The notes beneath the pieces are model-generated. The model worked only from the letters and a program-made list of their open reading frames with translations. It did not search any database and had not been told where the DNA came from. This document shows, one piece after another, positions 38,701 through 49,745 of a stretch of 64,000 bases of DNA. Position 1 is the first letter of the stretch, and every line of letters starts with the position of its first letter. Location of the stretch: positions 37,326,001 through 37,390,000 of the forward strand of contig CM119372.1 in assembly GCA_051294905.1 (NCBI GenBank), written 5' to 3'. A program made the position numbers and the translations under genes. The stretch comes from Botryllus schlosseri. Taxonomy: Eukaryota.

Positions 38701-41700
38701 ATTTTGAAGGCCTGAAGTAAACTCATATTTTTTTTCGTAAATCAACATAAACAATATTATTTTTGGCCGGACTTGGTACTTCTTCGCGCTGCGCGCGATT
38801 TAGTAGGAGCCTACCACATATATTGGTTTTATAATATGGGGACTACCCTACCACCCTCGCCAAAACTGCGATCAAAAATAAATAAAAATAAGTCTAATTG
38901 TAATCGCAATTACAAGACAACGGTGTATTCACAGAGTCGGTTTAGGCCGTTTGGATGCTTTATTCAAAGATCGTGGTTCTACCGATAACTCTAATCATAT
39001 GGGCGGAGTGAGGTTCAAAATGATATAGTAATATATTGAAGAATCAATATTATTGGTATAATTCATTCAAATTATTTAACGACCAGATGCATACAGAAAC
39101 CAGATGCATATAGTAAGCCCCCAGAAGTTGCATCGATTACCCTATGGTGGGCACAAGATCGGTGTTTATTTGGGCGAAAGGGGACTGAAAAAATGTAGCT
39201 TCGGCCCTGGTTACAACTTACAACACACAACCACATACTCCTGAACCGGATCGTGACCACCTCTAGTAGATTTGCTGGTGTGACGTCATATTGATCGACA
39301 ATGTGCTTATATCTCATTTTGAAATCCGCTAGTGGGCGCTCAAGAGTGTCCGTATTTGTGCAACAGAAATATGGGAACCTTATCTTAAACTAGGCGCTTA
39401 AACCTCGTTGGCGATCCGTAGACCTGTTTCAAGGGATCCATGAAAGGCCAGTGAAACCTACAGTGTTTTTATTTCATTGTAAATAAAATTTAGTCACATT
39501 ATCGATAGTAGCATATAACCACCCAATATCGAAATTAAATGTTTTTGATTTATAAGCCGGTGTTAAAGGAAGCTTCTCAAACTCGAGATGTACTGAACAG
39601 AGTATAGGCCAAGTTCACCGCCATTCGACATAAGGTTTATTCTTCGATGGAGATTTTGAGCAATTCGCACTCATTATTCAACAGCTTTGCAAGTACTAGC
39701 TCTGGGCATGTATCACCGCGTATTCATTTTATGATCGTCAATCATATATCATACGCAGATTTATAAATAAATTCGGACGGTCCGTCATGACGAAGCAAAT
39801 CTTTCAATAGAACACACGAAGTGATTAGCACAGGGTATTTATTGCGGTCTAATACCTAAATTCATAGTTATCACCAGATTACTGATAATGAGTAATGTAT
39901 ACAATTGTGTGGCATCATGTTGTGACAAGAACACGCAATATTTGTCGGATAAAGCATCATATACGTCGCCGAGGTTTTGGACTCATGTCAAGCTTGGAAG
40001 ATTTATGCTGCAGAAAACGGCTCGCGAGTGTTGTGTCACTGACATCGTCCGTTCGTTTCGATACCTTCTAGTGAAATAATAGAATATGTAGGAATCAACT
40101 GGTTTCGCGTATCCATTAAAATGCTTACTGGTGGAATATTTCTGGGGGATCTGATAATAACCTGCCTAGCCAACACTATGGGCCCTACAGCATTTGGACG
40201 CGATTTCATTTTATAACACTCGAGATTATTTTACAGTACGATTCAAATCGTGAATCCAGCCACCGAACGCGCTTCGGCAACATTTTAACTACCTAAATCA
40301 GGGGTATCAAACGTACGGCCCGCGGGCCGCATCCGGCACGAGAGGTCGTTCGGAGTAAATTGAAACATTATTGTATTATGCAGCCCATTTTTAATTGAAG
40401 TAAATGTCGAACATGTTTATCGGCCATATTGTGTAACCATCTATCGACAGTGTTGAGTTCTCACTCAAGTAACCATCAGGAACAAGGCGGTGCATTGACA
40501 TTGCATTATGGGGAGGCAAAAAAGTGCAAACTCTGTTCAGAGTTTTCTGGAAAAATGGGCCATATCATAAGTATTCACAGAGGCGGAAACGAAAATTCGA
40601 AACCGTTGCATGTAAAATACAAGGGGAATATAATAGCTACTAGGAGAATAGAATTCAAATATCTCTGGTCGCACTGCTGCTTGTATTACTCTGACCCAAA
40701 AGGCCTCAGCCCCGGTCTCCAGAGAAATCGAATGGTGAATTGGTGATATAAAAATGATGAACAAAATTCCAGCGCCCTCGTTTACAATTTCCTATAATCC
40801 TCACCCCAAATACGCAGGGTCAACGACGCATCACGATTGAAGCAAGGAGAACACTGAAATATTCCTACTTATATCGACGTTATTAGAGTCTCTGCTTCAG
40901 TGGCTTACGACTGTAGCCTATTCAATCGACCAATCATCGCATTTTTTCAATGCCATTGTTTGCGAATAATGGTGTTGCTAGAATAGGGCCCATATCTGAT
41001 CCGTGATGTAATATATAATACTATTTTGCATGGTGGTTGACAATAAAGCATTCCTGTGAAAAACAAAGGTATGGATTTGGAGGTAACATTTCGGGTCATT
41101 TGACAGGTCCGGCCCGCGAGCGATCAAAACTTTTGAATTCTGCCCGCGACCCGAGTTGAGTTTGACGCCCCTGACCTAAACAAACCAGTTGATGCAGTCG
41201 ACATGTTACTGAATTAGTTCACGAAGGAGGTCCTTGGAATTATTTCTAAAAGTTAGTCGTCCGCGATAAAACAAAATTTAAAAGCCCCTCTGCTAGACGA
41301 ATAGAGGATCTTTCTTTTCTGTACACATTGCGAAACAAATTCTATGATTGTGACACACCTCATGTGTGGATTCGAAAAATCGATTCGAACCGATTATTAC
41401 TGTTTATGTTGCTTCCGGCTATACACTATTAAAGACGTTTCCGATTTACGGGTACCGGCATTACCACAACCAGGGAAGGCAAAAGGCACATAAGTTTTAC
41501 CAAGACCCCCCTCAGTCTATATTCCACTTTTATCTAACTTTCATCCTGAATACGCCTACATGTTTACAGGTATCACTACCAACACCCGAAAAATCGCGGC
41601 GCTTCTTCATAAATACGGCGCCGTGTCCCTTTGGGATTACGCAACCGGAGGGCCCTACCTGGACATCGACATGCATCCAGAACCTTACGACGGATACGAC

Positions 41701-44700
41701 AGCTCAAAAGATGCCATATTTTTGTCGATGCACAAATTCGTCGGCAGTCCTGACGCCCCAGGCAAGTAGCCTACCCGATATACCTATCATGGTTGGACAG
41801 AAAACGTTTGTTTTTTCGAAATAAATTAGAATAATAATTATAAATGCATAGTTTTGTCGAAATTAAACTATAATAGGATTATATCTGTAAAGTTCCTTTT
41901 TTAAATTAGATTACAATCATAATTACTGAATTGTTAAGAAAAAAATACAACCAAAGTGAAGTTCAGTCCAAATCAAGTGTGACTTCATTTTCATAAGGAT
42001 GACAATGGCAAATGTTGGCAAACCGAGCTTGGTTTCTTTTGCACTATGCAGTTCTCCTGTGGCGTTTTCAGGAAAAACAAAATAAGTTTAGAATTAAAAT
42101 TAGAGCATTGACACATTTCATAAATTCGATTCCAATTATAATTAGAGCATAGCAACATTCCACAAATTCGATTCGTATTAGATTACCAACAGTTTGCTTT
42201 AAGTATCCTAACTAGACAACTAGAACTATCTGGTGGTGCGAGTCTGATATCTCTAGGTGTACTTACGCAAGACACCAGACCAGTAACACTCAACGTAATA
42301 CGTGACAACAGGTCTCTTAATCGCATCAAAGCACCTGTTTCAAAACAAAGTTCCCTCGTGTATGGGAGGAGGCACGGTACTCTTCGTGTCCGAAAATGAT
42401 CATAAGTATCTCAAGGACATTGAAACGCGCGAAGAGGGGGGTACGCCGGCCATAATCGGATCGATACGAGCGGGACTGGCATTCAAGTTAAAAATGGTAT
42501 GGATGTGATTTTCATAGTATTCGATGTTTTTCAACTCTTATTGTGGTATTACATCAAATCTATGTTGGTATCGATGGCTGCCGACTTGTGGCACCGCGTA
42601 CTCTCGTTTTAAAACAGAGGTTACTGAACTGATTTGATTGCGGGATCCTTCAAGTTTATGGGCGGTTGCGTACCCTCAGAATATCAGAAGTCGATGAATA
42701 AAAAAGGTCTTCTCTATGTGGACCAGTTTCGATTTAGGATATTCAATGCCTTAAATATGCTAAGAAATAAATAGTCATGGTATAGTCACAGTGGACAATC
42801 TGGTTTTGTAGTTTCTTGATAATGCATTTCTTGGACCCCGCTGATCGCTAATCTATCCGTGGACGACAGTACAAGAACCTCTGTTTCAGGATCTAGAATC
42901 TAGACCTTTGTAAGTCACGGCTTATGCGGATTGGATAAACAGCCGATATAAGTTACCTCCAACAAATAATAAATGGTTTCATTGCTCCCAAAATAACGCC
43001 CTGTTTCGGCGAATTATGCTGAATTGTAAATGATGTTTGTGACCCATCCGTAAATCCTCCACAATCACTGTAGCAATGTCACCGTGTGCTTCATTTTATC
43101 CAGGCAGTCGGCTGTGACGAGATTATGTCCCGTGAAACGGCACTGTACCACAAAGCAATGAAAATCTGGAGAGATATACCGGAACTTGAGATACTGGGAG
43201 AACTGAAAACTCATAAAAAGACGAAAACAAACGAGGAGAAACTCGCAGTGTTTTCCTTTCTTATCCGACACCCACAGAGCGGACTCTACCTGCACCACAA
43301 CTTCGTTACCACGCTGCTCAATGATCTATTTGGCATTCAAGTATGCGGAATCACTCCTATGCCGTTACAAGCATTTACAGTATATTTCTACTTCCAGTCA
43401 AGAGGAGGTTGCGCATGCGCGGGAGTATACGCACAGCATTTACTTGGAATCGATCGAGACGCAGAAAATCGATTCGGAAAAGTGCTGCTCGAAGCTCCGT
43501 AAGTAGTTATAGATTACAGATTGTACGTTTAAGTATTCGTTGGTGAAGCTATCTCACTGGATTTTGATTTGCATGAAAAAGCTGATTTTGTAAATTTGCC
43601 AGATTTACGAATTTACATTTAGTTTATATGACATAGGCTTGAAAAAACTTTACATGTAGAATCTGTAAAATTCTTAGCTTACTGTCTCCGACCAAGATAT
43701 TATATATTATATATGAGATACTGTATGGTCACAGATCACTGCAATGCTATTGCTTGAGTCGCCACTGTCGTTTTGCAGCATCTTGAATAGTAATGTCGGT
43801 GAAATCGCGGTATTTTTTCAAAGTTTCGACGTCTTTCAAAATTTAATTAATAAAATAATGAAGTATTTTCGTCGACAATGCGCAGCGAGAGAGCTAAAAC
43901 GCGCAAGGCCGGCGAATCAGAGAGAACGGAATACGAAATCACGCGCCCCGGATTCACCCGACTGAATTTCCCTTACTTCATCTCCGACGAAGCAGCGGAC
44001 TTCATCATTAGCGCTGTGGGAATGGTCGCGAAAAACGGCTGGACGCTGCTTCCCAAATATGAGTATATTCCCACGTCAGGCCAGTGGAAACACGTGGACC
44101 ATTATCAGGTAATTGGTATTTAGATGTGCTCGATGAGGAAGTACCACCTTTTAAGAGTAATTTACTTGGTTATGAGTAGGCCTTCATTAGGGTTGCCATA
44201 CGTCCGGAATTTCCCGCACATGTCCGGAATTTCACTGTTCAAGCCAGCGTCCGGGAGGAATTTCTAAAATATGTCAAATGTCCGGAATTTTGAAAACTTC
44301 ACGTAGGATCATAATTTTTCGTAAATCAGCATAAAAAACAATATTTTTTTGAGAATATTTATGCTAAGGCATGATATTTTTTTAGCGCTGAGCGCGATTT
44401 GCAATCACATTTATTGATTTTAATATGGAGACTACCATCCTTGCAAAAACTGCAATAAAATAGAAATAAAGACAACCTTCATTCACTGGAATAGGAGAAC
44501 GGTATATTCCTAGATATCGTAAAGGCCATTTAAATGCTTTATTCAAAGATAGTGGTTCCAAACGGTGGGGGGGGGGTTGCCTTTATTCTGGAGCGAATAT
44601 GTTGAATGTAATCAGCTTCCAAAATAGCCCGTGAGTAAGTCTTGGCAAAGGCGCTGACTTCTTTTAGTAATCAGCCCGTCAAATTTTGATCTGGGCCACG

Positions 44701-47700
44701 GAACATTTTCGAATTGGAGATGGAGTCGAACAACTGGATATGGGGTGTTTATAAATATTCGTGGCTCGCACCGGCATAAGGCTGATAACCAAACTTATCG
44801 GTAGGACATGAATATGACTTAACGATGGGCAATTACGCTCGCTGTATTTTCGAACTCATCAACCTCAGTATTTAAATAGTAATATATAGAACAACCAATA
44901 TCATTGACAGAATTCATTCAAATAATTTAACGACCAGATGCATATAGAAACTTGATTCATATAGCAATCGACCCCTCTTCCCAGAAGTTGAATCGATTAC
45001 CCTATAGTGTGGGATCAAAATCATTGTTTATTTGGGCGGGAAGTGACTGAAAACATGTGCTTTCGGTCCCGGTTACACAACACACAGCCACATACTCCTG
45101 AACCGGATCGCGGCCTCCTCTGGTTCATGAGCAAAGCTTTGCTAGTGTGACGTCATACCTAATTTTGAAATCCACTAGTGGGCGCTAAAGAGTGTCCGGA
45201 ATTTGTGGTGCAGAAATATGGTAACCCTAGCCTACATGCTCCGCTTACTAAATTAAAAATTATTTAAAAAAACCGCCACTTTAAATTTAATCGCTTTAAG
45301 GCAAAGATTATTACTTTAAACATTTTAAATTACCTAAAGTATATATTAATTTTGTGTTAAGTTAACATCCTCTATTGAAATTTTGATAAAAGCCGCTTGA
45401 AATTGTTACTGACAGTAAATATTATTTGAAAGATCGTACATATTTGTTGTGTTGTTAGTCGTGTGGCGTTCATCGCGAAGATAAATCTTACAATATCCAA
45501 ATTAGCCACCTTCGATTACCTGTAAGAGATGTGATTGCTCGATCAAAATGTACTATTACTCAACTGCCTTTTGACTTGCTACATCAATTTGCCATTTGCC
45601 GTACTGCTGACATTCGAGCGTTAGCTGAGGAACAGCTGTGTGGTTAAATTTTGAACCAGTTACCCAGTGGTTCTTAACCTTTTTTTCCTCCAGCGCCCCC
45701 TTTCTAAAATTATCGTGCGCCATCGCCCCCCACCCAATATTGTAAGGACAATGGGTGCGAGGGGGGCCGTAACAGCACTTCGTCAGCCCCCCTAAAAACG
45801 ATTGTCTTGGGCACCCATAGCGTGATAAACCAAACTCAGGAGGGCTTGGCGCCCAAGAACCCCGCCGCGTGATTTCGATGGTCAGCAAAGTTTATGTGGC
45901 ATGGTCGCCCTAGGAGCCAAAGTTTTCTATAATGCATGAATGAAATAGGTTGTACTTGCATATAGATGTCACTATGAACTTTTTGTCCTCTCAGCTCACG
46001 TCATCAGATTTACCAGTAGCGCTGAGTGAGCTGTTGTATTGGAAAATGAAGGCCAGGTAATTAATAATTAATAATTATAATTGAACATATTCGGGCATGC
46101 CCGTTGGTACAATTAAATCGTTACATGTTATTTTGTTACCTCTTGTCCGCTATATAGTCAAAAGTTATTGAAACGCATGAACGTATTAAACTAAAGTAAG
46201 CAGACGATACAAAATTGGTATTTCGTCACTGGCAAATAATTTTCTTGGATGGATGTTATTTGTCCTGTGGGGTGCAGATTGAGACGACATGATAATTCGG
46301 CACGAGCGATTTAAGCACCATGGACAATTAGACTTGTCTACATCGAAGTTTACGATTAACATAAGAGTCTCTTGGGCTAAGGTCTTCTCGTTGACGATCT
46401 TTTTGACACCCTTCTCGGAGTCCCATATTCCCCGGAAGTTCATACGTCTTCTTGCACGTGGTGTGGTAATGGCCGACGCCGAAATGCCTATTTCTATTCA
46501 TAATCATGCGTATTCTTCCATGGGGGAGTCGTAAAAACATGATGTTTAATTTATGTTCATTCACCGATATGATTTTGGGCACCCTTCGAGCTAACCTATT
46601 GGTGGTTTGGGTAGCAGCAGTTTCGATCTGGGTAAGAGCTCAAAGTTCAGTCGGTCTTTTTGGAACTTTGGTATTGGAAATATTTCGCGCTTTAATCGCG
46701 CTCGAGGACCATTCGACTATGATAAACCGTATAATAATTGTGTGTGGTATATTCAGGGTCAAATCAAGGTTGCTATATCAGCAACAATCGGGTACGGTAT
46801 CATACCCTGTGGTTCGAACCCTCCAGATTTCACATCGCCGATTGGCAATACGGGGAAATTAATGGTATTGGATTTTGTCTTATTGCTTTGTATAACTATA
46901 AGTAAGTCAAGTGAGAATTGGATGCATATATCTGCTCACATTGAATTTAGTACGGTGCCCAGCTATTAATTTTAACACGAATGTATTCCAAACGAAGCAA
47001 CTCATATTACATAACGTTCATGTGAGAGTGAGGTTGTGAACCACAACACGAAATAGTATCATCCTTTATGATGCGATGAAGAAATATTCTGACGATTTAA
47101 TTTTGTAGCTCTCAAATATATGTATATAAAGTTATTCATTTCGTGCACAAAACTTCAAAACTTATTTTATGTACAAGGGGCTCTCACTCTCAATCAAGAG
47201 TGACATACAGGGCCTCCCTCTTCGATTTTTACACGCTGTGCGCTGCGGGATGTATTACCTAATTCGAAACATTTTCTTGAAAATAACCCTAGCAAGTGTG
47301 ACGGCAGTTTTTTAAATAACGGGAATTTGGCGATCTAAAAGTACGCGCAATTCGTTTCATATGAATTATAATAAACCACTACATTTATGTAAATATATGT
47401 AGCAAACATCGTCGCGTAGCGCGACCAAAATTTCGGGATTTGACATATTTTGTAAAATGTTAATTTGTTCTGAATACTCATTAAGAATATGTCCTGCTTC
47501 CACATCATCCAAAGCGAAGCCATTTTTCTTCAGTGCCCCCGTTATCGCCCCCTGTGCCCAGCTCCCCCCCATATCGCCCCCTGAGCGTTCCCGCCCCTTC
47601 AAAAAGGCAAGGTTACGAACCATTGAGCTACACGAAGCGAGAGAAGTTAGCGCCCACGCTAACTTACTCAATAACCTGATGAATATTGCAATATATCATG

Positions 47701-48703
47701 TTGTGTTTTCATAACGCCTGTCACATAGCTAGAGTCGAGGATGAGGTTTGAGGGGTTACTCGATGCAATAGCGTACCTTAGTAACGTTTAGGAGCATAGT
47801 CAACTTTTTTAGTCCATAGGGCCTGTAGCTCTACAGTCAGTGAGTCGAAGCATTCATATGCACTTATGACGATACATCGTATCACATGAATCGAATCCTT
47901 TTAACAAATACTTGATTCGGATTCGAGAACACGAATTTGTATGTCAGTTTCTAGCTATACATCAAGAACTGAGATCATCAAAAGTACGTTTTTATCTAGA
48001 GTTTCGAAGGGATTAGCCTGACTGATGTCAGCTTTCATTACGATGGATTGCGATTGCGAAGTGACAATCAGACAACGCAACTCCCTTGTTCAAAGATTGA
48101 GTGCTTGAAGAAGGCGGAACGGATATTTTTCAATGCAACAACGGTAAGGAATAGAGTCTGAGGGATATCGAATTTTGGGGTTGATGCGGACGAAAGCGAT
48201 AATTAGAATACTCGTGTTCGCGATGTAACAATATATGGATATAATCACATTTAAAATAAAATATACAGTCATTCATTTCCTTACCATTGCTAACGAGCAA
48301 CATATAACAGCTACTATACTATTTCTTTCAGATAATTGGCAAGGAATTGCCGAATCAAGCGAAGAAATTCGACACAACAACCGCTAAAGACCTGCGCTGG
48401 TTTCTGCTGCCTTCCGAAGCGCAGACATTGCTTAGGGGGAGAAAGATGGAGACGAGAATGCGATTAATCTTCCAAGTGCGCAAGGAAATCAGAGTCCTAA
48501 CGGAAGAGCAAATATTGAACTCATTGTTTCCACCTAACGGCGACTCGCCCACTGCGAAAAAGAGGGACAAAACAACAGATAAGATCGAGGGCAATGACAA
48601 TGCGTTGTTGAAGAAGAGCAAGAAGAAAAAGTTTGTCTTCAAGTCTTTATTTTGCCGGACAGAAAACGCCGTGGATGTTATATCGAAAAAGGGCATTGCG
48701 TGA
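35432..48703 (+). CDS. PLP-dependent aminotransferase class V / cysteine desulfurase-like gene, 10 coding exons, about 706 aa
   Basis: Exons 35432-35787, 36319-36502, 38390-38516, 41570-41761, 42312-42496, 43104-43340, 43398-43498, 43886-44108, 48000-48143 and 48332-48703 join in phase (2121 nt). Motifs: YCDYVASA, YANTHT, GPFEHHSNLLPWRE, AASNITG, WDYA, SMHKF (PLP lysine), EEGGTP, RGGCACAG, RPGFTRLNF, LRWFLLPSEA. Confidence 0.9.
36319..36502 (+). CDS. Desulfurase-like gene exon 2
   Basis: cag acceptor; DIIRNAV...FTGSGVTGAIHKL...GPFEHHSNLLPWRE; donor gtcagt. Confidence 0.9.
38390..38516 (+). CDS. Desulfurase-like gene exon 3
   Basis: aag acceptor; VVHIGEDADGRVDMRHLE...IGTFSAASNITG; donor gtacgt. 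Confidence 0.9.
38602..39382. mobile_element. hAT MITE (TAGGGTTGCCA family), intron 3
   Basis: Perfect TSD tcttaaac; tccgga subterminal repeats; homolog at 44188-45229. Confidence 0.85.
40299..41173. mobile_element. hAT MITE, intron 3
   Basis: TIR caggggtatcaaac/gtttgacgcccctg; TSD acctaaat/acctaaac. Confidence 0.82.
41570..41761 (+). CDS. Desulfurase-like gene exon 4
   Basis: cag acceptor; LLHKYGAVSLWDYATGGPY...KDAIFLSMHKFVGSPDAPG; non-canonical donor G|gcaagt. Confidence 0.9.
42312..42496 (+). CDS. Desulfurase-like gene exon 5
   Basis: cag acceptor; LLIASKHLF...GGGTVLFV...REEGGTPAIIGSIRAGLAFKLKM; donor gtatgg. Confidence 0.9.
43104..43340 (+). CDS. Desulfurase-like gene exon 6
   Basis: cag acceptor; AVGCDEIMSRE...LAVFSFLIRHPQSGLYLHHNFVTTLLNDLFGIQ; donor gtatgc. 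Confidence 0.9.
43398..43498 (+). CDS. Desulfurase-like gene exon 7
   Basis: ttccag acceptor; SRGGCACAGVYAQHLLGI (candidate catalytic Cys loop); donor gtaagt. Confidence 0.9.
43886..44108 (+). CDS. Desulfurase-like gene exon 8
   Basis: cag acceptor; EYEITRPGFTRLNFPYF...GWTLLPKYEYIPTSGQWKH; donor gtaatt. Confidence 0.88.
44188..45229. mobile_element. hAT MITE (TAGGGTTGCCA family), intron 8
   Basis: TIR tagggttgccata/tatggtaacccta; TSD gccttcat/gcctacat. Confidence 0.85.
45665..47625. mobile_element. hAT non-autonomous element in intron 8 of the desulfurase-like gene
   Basis: Ends cagtggttcttaacc and ggttacgaaccattg. Internal 46730-47470 is homologous to about 22900-23610. Confidence 0.7.
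48000..48143 (+). CDS. Desulfurase-like gene exon 9 (absent from the ORF track)
   Basis: tttttatctag acceptor; 144 nt open in phase 0-0 (SFEGISLTDVSFHYDG...ECLKKAERIFFNATT); donor gtaagg. Confidence 0.7.
48332..48703 (+). CDS. Desulfurase-like gene exon 10 (terminal)
   Basis: tttctttcag acceptor; IIGKELPNQ...DLRWFLLPSEA followed by a Lys-rich tail; TGA ends at 48703. Confidence 0.8.
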   Translation: MIGKELPNQAKKFDTTTAKDLRWFLLPSEAQTLLRGRKMETRMRLIFQVRKEIRVLTEEQILNSLFPPNGDSPTAKKRDKTTDKIEGNDNALLKKSKKKKFVFKSLFCRTENAVDVISKKGIA

Positions 48704-49739
48704 TCGATGGTTATTCCGTGTCCGTTGAAATCTACCCCATGAATCGGAAACCTACATCTTCTATTGTATTTCCAGTGTGTCATATAACAGTATCAATCAC
48801 CTGTGACGTCACAGTTGAAGATTACTGGCGTCATCGGGCCGTATTTCACGTGTCAAAAACTGATGCTAAGTTTGACACCCGCACCAACCAATCCATGTAT
48901 TCTGACTTGCTGAGGTCGCAGTGCGATCACTAGTTGCCGTCACCCTCTGACCTACCACTAATTACACAACAGTTACAAATTCGATCCGTAATACTCTCCC
49001 GTAACGGTGATCTCATTAGTGATTCGTGCTTTGACTGACGGGTTAATCGGGATATCCAAACTTCTGATTATTCTTATCAATTAGTATCAGCATGCATTTG
49101 GAATGCGTGTCTCGGAGAAGCTATAGCGTTTGTTTCAACACATTATCCTCACCGACATTAAAAGGGTGGAAAGTAAATCACTATGACATCTGTGAGTTAA
49201 CATAAAATAATACTTATACTTTATTTCACAAATTCGCCTTATAATTGAGCCCGTCAAAATCTGTTCAATTTACAGTCTTATATCGTCGATGGCTATGGTC
49301 CCATTAGTGCACAATTTCTGATAAACTCTTACTGTTTTTGTTGGCAGAAATGCTCGACTCTAGTGCCATTATTAAGTGTGAAGACGCTAGTCTGTCACCA
49401 CACCTGTTTACTGTGACCTGTCTCCCGAGGTTACTTCGACCGTTAAGTTATTACAATGGAATTTGATTCTTGTTTTATCGTACTACTTGAGTATTGTCAA
49501 CTTCGATTTCTCGGAGAGCCATGTGTGACTGGCGAGCCGTTGATTCCCGTCTCCTGATATACAAATATAGTTTCGCACATTATGTAAATATGTACTTTTA
49601 AATATATATTTTGTAAGCACCGATGAAAATCCGTTCAATACTTGGAGCTAATACCTCTCGCTGGAAAGTTAATTTATGAGTTACGCTATTCCAATGGTGG
49701 AATTGAAATTTCAGAACCCAATTGACTTGAAGACTTACC

Positions 49740-49745
49740 AATAAA
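49740..49745 (+). promoter_or_regulatory. Candidate polyadenylation signal for the desulfurase-like gene
   Basis: AATAAA about 1 kb after the stop codon, followed by T-rich sequence. Not verified. Confidence 0.35.

Noticed and set aside
45995..46056. 62-nt exon-like segment (tcctctcag|CTC...CCAG|gtaatt) in intron 8
   Set aside because: It lies inside a hAT element and would frameshift the CDS; exons 8 and 9 already join in phase. At most a cryptic exon.
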